A stretch of DNA of 64,000 nt, taken from the NCBI RefSeq assembly GCF_006345805.1, contig NC_043008.1:22816001-22880000 (forward strand), written 5' to 3'. Positions 59,627-64,000 of this stretch are shown here, piece by piece. The notes under the pieces were generated by a model that saw only the letters and a program-made list of their open reading frames with translations, did not search any database and was not told the DNA's origin. The DNA comes from Octopus sinensis. Taxonomy: Eukaryota. Position 1 is the first letter of the stretch. The number at the start of each line of letters is the position of its first letter. The translations under genes were made by a program, and so were the position numbers.

Positions 59627-60405
59627 AACAGTCTTCAAGATTGGCCATAAAGAAATACTGTATGCAATTTGGGTCCCATAACTGAATGTAATTTGAGTCT
59701 TCAAAATTGACCATAAACAAACATATATAGCTTTGGTCTCCCTGACTGACCATAAATAAATGCTGTATGCAATTTGGCTACGATTGGCCACAAATGTTGT
59801 ACATAATTTGGTGTGTATCTTTGTTCAGTGTTTGTCTGGAATTAAATGGTTTAATTTAGCTTAAGATCAATTTTGATCCAAATGAATGAAATCAACAATG
59901 AAAGGCATTACATCTATGGCTGTCATGTTTTTCCCTGGCATAGAATCAAGGCTGCTAAATTATCTTATCTGTACTTTCTTGTTTAAGATGTCAGGTAACG
60001 AGATTTTGTCATGATAAATAACAAATTGTCTAAATATTTCCAAGTTGCTTTGTTGACTCCATTCAACTAACGTGTAAGTGGAGTGGGAGGAAAGGAAAGG
60101 TCAGTTTGAGTGGATAGAGTAGTGATAGAAAAATGTAAATATGATACCCTAAAAACCCATATAATTAATGCTCTTTTTTCACAAAAATAAAAAACTTTAG
60201 GAGGAGCATAAATTACACGAGTAGAGAGTTTCCAGAATTTTCTTTAGAAATTTTTTTTGTTGAAAAATGACATACAAATGTAAACATTTGCACAGGAAGT
60301 TAACTCATTTAATGTCAGAATAGGTTTTTACAGAAAATAAATTATGAAGTTGACTTTTATTTATGCTGGTTGCTATAATGCTTACTTTTTCTGTCTACTC
60401 TCTAT

Positions 60406-60740
60406 ACTCTTATACTTGTTTCAGTCATTTTGACTGCGGCCATGCTGGAGCACCGCCTTTAGTCGAGCAAATCGACCCCGGGACTTATTCTTTGTAAGCC
60501 CAGTACTTATTCTATCGGTCTCTTTTGCCGAACCGCTAAGTGATGGGGACGTAAACACACCAGCATCGGTTGTCAAGCAATGCTAGACGGACAAACACAG
60601 ATGCACAAACATATAGACATACATACATATATACGACAGGCTTCTTTCAGTTTCCATCTACCAAATCCTCTCACAATGCTTTGGTCGGCCCGAGGCTATA
60701 GCAGAAGACACTTGCCCAAGATGCCACGCAGTGGGACTGA
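60406..60740 (-). mobile_element. SINE family A
   Basis: Reverse complement of family A. Confidence 0.85.
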
Positions 60741-61139
60741 ACCCAGAACCATGTGGTTGGTTTACTAAAACCATTAAATGGTCAACTACTTCTTGAAGTT
60801 TGATGTTCATGCTGGTAATCCTGATCCAGGCCATATTTTACATTGCTTGGAGTTTCTACTTATCACAATGGACCCTAGCGACAAGTAAATTCAGCCTAGC
60901 CTAGAGGCAAGTAAGTTGAAAAACAACTAAAGTGTCTCCTGGAATCAATTAACAACGTAGGTAATTCTAGGTATTTGAAGATGGTCACTAAACAGAAAGG
61001 CTATAGGTAAGGATTATAAATTGATACATGAAATGAGTCGTCAAAGAAATAACAGGATTCTGTTTGTAATAAGAGGGGGAAAAAAAAGACTAAAATGTCA
61101 CCAAGTGCCTTTCATTTGAGAATGTGTAAAAGAAATACT

Positions 61140-61432
61140 TGTGGAGAGTTATGCAACAAAATGTAAAATGAAACTGCTACTCAAGAGCTTGGATGGGAAG
61201 TTCTACTACATCAACCATTATCTTCCTGATATAGCACTTTCAGATTATCAGCTTTCTTGGTCACTTTCCAATAGTCTGAGAGGTACTTTCATACAACACC
61301 ATGGAACTGAAAACATGACTTGATGTATCCTTCACACCAAGACCAGGCGATTTCCACCATCAAAGCATTGACAAGTTAGTGGAATGTTGACAAGAAGTTA
61401 TGAACAATGAAGGAGAATATATTATTGACTGA
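61140..61432 (+). mobile_element. mariner transposase C-terminal relic
   Basis: ELGWEVL..DIALSDYQL..SLSNSLRG..IDKLVEC*QEVMNNEGEYIID*. Confidence 0.7.
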
Positions 61433-61447
61433 TTTAAGATTTTTGAT

Positions 61448-61822
61448 GGAGTGGCTGTGTAGTAAGTAGCTTGCTTACGAACCACATGGTTCCAGGTTCA
61501 GTCCCACTGCATGGCACCTTGGGCAAGTGTCTTCTACTATAGCCTCGGGCTGACCAAAGCCTTGTGAGTGGATTTGGTAGATGGAAACTGAAAGAAGTCC
61601 ATCGTATATATGTATATATATGTGTGTATGTTTGTCCACCCCCCAACATCGCTTGACAACCGATGCTGGTGTGTTTACGTCCCTGTAACTTAGCAGTTTG
61701 GCAAAAGAGACCGATAGAATAAGTACTAGGCTTACAAAGAATAAGTCCTGGTGTCGATTTGCTCGACTAAAGGCGGTGCTCCAGCACGGCCACAGTCAAA
61801 TGATTGAAACAAGTAAAAGAGA
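61448..61822 (+). mobile_element. SINE family A, full length
   Basis: Colinear with the other copies. Confidence 0.85.
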
Positions 61823-61895
61823 GTATTAAAATAAATGGAAAAAAGAAAAATGAACAAATTAATCTAGCAACCCAATGTTTATTTTCCATTTATGA

Positions 61896-62266
61896 CTAAC
61901 AGTATCGCCCGGCGTTGCTTGGGTTTGTAAGGGAAATAATTATATAAGCATTTTTAGAGATGTAAAATATAATAGCCATTTCAATATAGCTAACCACAAA
62001 GGGGGGGGGGTGTTACTGTAGCTTTTTACGTTCAGAGATTTAATAATAAATTTTTAGAGAGTTACTTCCCTTATTAAAAATGGGAAAAATTGATAGTAAA
62101 TTTTTTTTTAAATCATAGACGCGCGCTAATACCCAGAAGGGATCGATATGAATCACGACTATAAGATACCCGGTTTTGGTTAAACTGCACCGCAAAATGT
62201 GGGAGTAGTTAGGAATCTAAACCGTAGGAGACAGACAGCACACAACCTCACTTTTATATATAAAGA
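61896..62266 (-). mobile_element. Non-autonomous Helitron-like element (paralogue of 23433-23825)
   Basis: Reverse-complement homology over the whole length, with small deletions. Confidence 0.8.
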
Positions 62267-62364
62267 TTTCATTTTTCCCATGCCATTGTAATAGACAGTG
62301 ATTTATCTTCAGAATTAATATTACAACTGCTGTACTAATGTTGGCTTTAGAAGTGTACCTACTA

Positions 62365-62574
62365 TGAGGAAAGCTGAAAAGTTCTTGGCTTTAAGGGTAT
62401 CACAAAAGGCCTGGCTAGCGGTCCAACTTTCCAAGTTCTTTTACAGGGCTTGCGAAAACCGAGGGACCGCTGCAATGAGTGCGTGAAGGGGTACATGTTG
62501 AATAAAATCATAATTAACTCATCCTCCTATATTTTCTTTAACCCTGAAACCAGGAACTTTTCAGTATCCCCTGA
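62365..62574. mobile_element. mariner-type MITE
   Basis: Imperfect TIRs TGAGGAAAGCTGAAAAGTTCTTGGCTTT and GAAACCAGGAACTTTTCAGTATCCCCTG; TA at the left end. Confidence 0.6.
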
Positions 62575-63888
62575 TATAAGACCAACATGAGAGAAATTGG
62601 ATGGTCAATTTTTATCATGAAAAGAACTGTATCATAAACAAGCACACAAACAGAAATAGCATTCAACTAGTATTTTTAGAGGTTGATGTACCTGAAGGGC
62701 AAAGATGCGGGGAGTTTCACAGTACTGCATTTCAAAGGATAAAAGTTGGGAAAAATTCTGAGAAAGAGAACAGGAAGGAATTGCAAAAATTGAAGTAGAT
62801 GATTCAAGTGTGCTTGAGTTGAGGTACCAGTTTAGGAGAACAGGAAGGGTTGTGGTAAAGGTTACAAAGCAGTTAAGGAGAAAGAGAAATTGTATTTATA
62901 GAGGAAGTGGGCGGGAGGGGTGGGGAGAACACACCGAATCAATGAAACAATGATGGGATGGGGCTAAAATCTAGTCTAAAATGAGAACCACAGTTTCACA
63001 ACTTGGAAGATAGACTGTCAAATCTGCTGTTGTCGTTTCACCTCAATTCATCCATCATCAATCAAACATAAAATCAAAAGCAATCAAGATATAAACATAG
63101 TCAGAAGATATAAACATAGATATAAACATAGTCAGAAGATATAAACATAGTCAGAAACATTGTATCCTGGACTACGTTATTTAAGATAGTAGTGTGTAGT
63201 TAGAGGGAAATTTGGCTGCTATTCTTAGCAGGCAAGTTGAGCATCATAATGGTGTTGAATCTATTTAATAGTCACTTTTTTGTTTTGACAAGTTATGCAT
63301 AGGCAGTATAGTCCAACCTAAGAGTTTCAGGAAACTAACATTGCTCAACAGTTTTGCTAACTTATCACATGATCTCATTATCTTGGGTTTTTAATCCAAG
63401 ACATTCTCCCCGGCAACACTAAGTATGTTTACAAACAGAAACTATATAAACGAATATAGTTTAAAGAGTCAGATAATGGAAAGTAGAGAAAGACAATGTT
63501 TGTCTTTGAATGACAAGGAATGTGTGGGCTCTAACAGCCAGCCACTATAGCAACAGCTTTTTAATTAAGCTTCAGGACTAATTAAAAAGAAGAGGTAGAG
63601 AATACAGTAATACTGTAAGAGTTGGTTGAATGTGTACCAACTTAATCTATAAAATGAGAACACTAGAAGCATAGAATCTCTAATATTATATGCAAGCACA
63701 AAGCTGATTAAAAACTCTGATTTGCAATGTGGCTTCTACTGCAACTTAAAGCCGACCAAAACTTCATGAGTGGAATTTGCTTGATGGAAGCTATGTTGAA
63801 ATCCAGTTCATATTTTTTTTGTTTTTTCTCTCTCTAGTTTCAGCTCAGAGCTGCGGCCATGCTGATGCACCGCCTTTGAAACGGCTTA

Positions 63889-63980
63889 CGCCCGCAGAGG
63901 GACTCGAACCCACGACCCTCAGATTACTTCTAAGGTTGACCTATAAAAGTCTGATGCTCTTCCGACTGAGTTATCCGGGC
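63889..63980 (-). tRNA. tRNA-Lys(UUU) gene with a 19-nt intron (63925-63943); three stem mismatches, possibly a pseudogene
   Basis: GCCCGGATAACTCAGTCGGAAGAGCATCAGACTTTTA[TAGGTCAACCTTAGAAGTA]ATCTGAGGGTCGTGGGTTCGAGTCCCTCTGCGGGCG. Exons total 73 nt, the anticodon TTT is at 63945-63947, and the intron is at the canonical 37/38 site. Mismatches: A10:C25, G6:G67, T50:T64. Confidence 0.85.
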
Positions 63981-64000
63981 GAACATATGTATATATTTAC

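Overview
This is an AT-rich, repeat-saturated eukaryotic window. The SINE and LINE families and the dense (TA)n/(CA)n/(ATC)n microsatellites point to a cephalopod, most likely Octopus; this is recognition from memory, not a database search. I found no host protein-coding exon I can support, so the window is probably intergenic or lies inside a large intron. Contents: about 20 copies or fragments of an RTE LINE, one 2.5 kb long and carrying a PHD-type finger inside its RT. There are four tRNA-derived SINE families, several Penelope-like (PLE) relics, and Tc1 (DD36E), maT, mariner, Merlin, hAT, piggyBac and Helitron remnants. Three tandem arrays arose inside RTE 3' ends, and there are several foldback or segmental duplications. 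An intron-containing tRNA-Lys(UUU) gene lies at the right edge. The most interesting signal is 11 minimal hammerhead-ribozyme-like motifs with palindromic stem III (dimer type). They belong to several families, some with recurring non-canonical cores (CUGUNGA, CCGANGA), and most sit in ~200-250 bp cassettes embedded in (TA)n. The long ORFs at 38.8-42.3 kb are artefacts of a 62-bp satellite. Boundaries of degenerate repeats are approximate.
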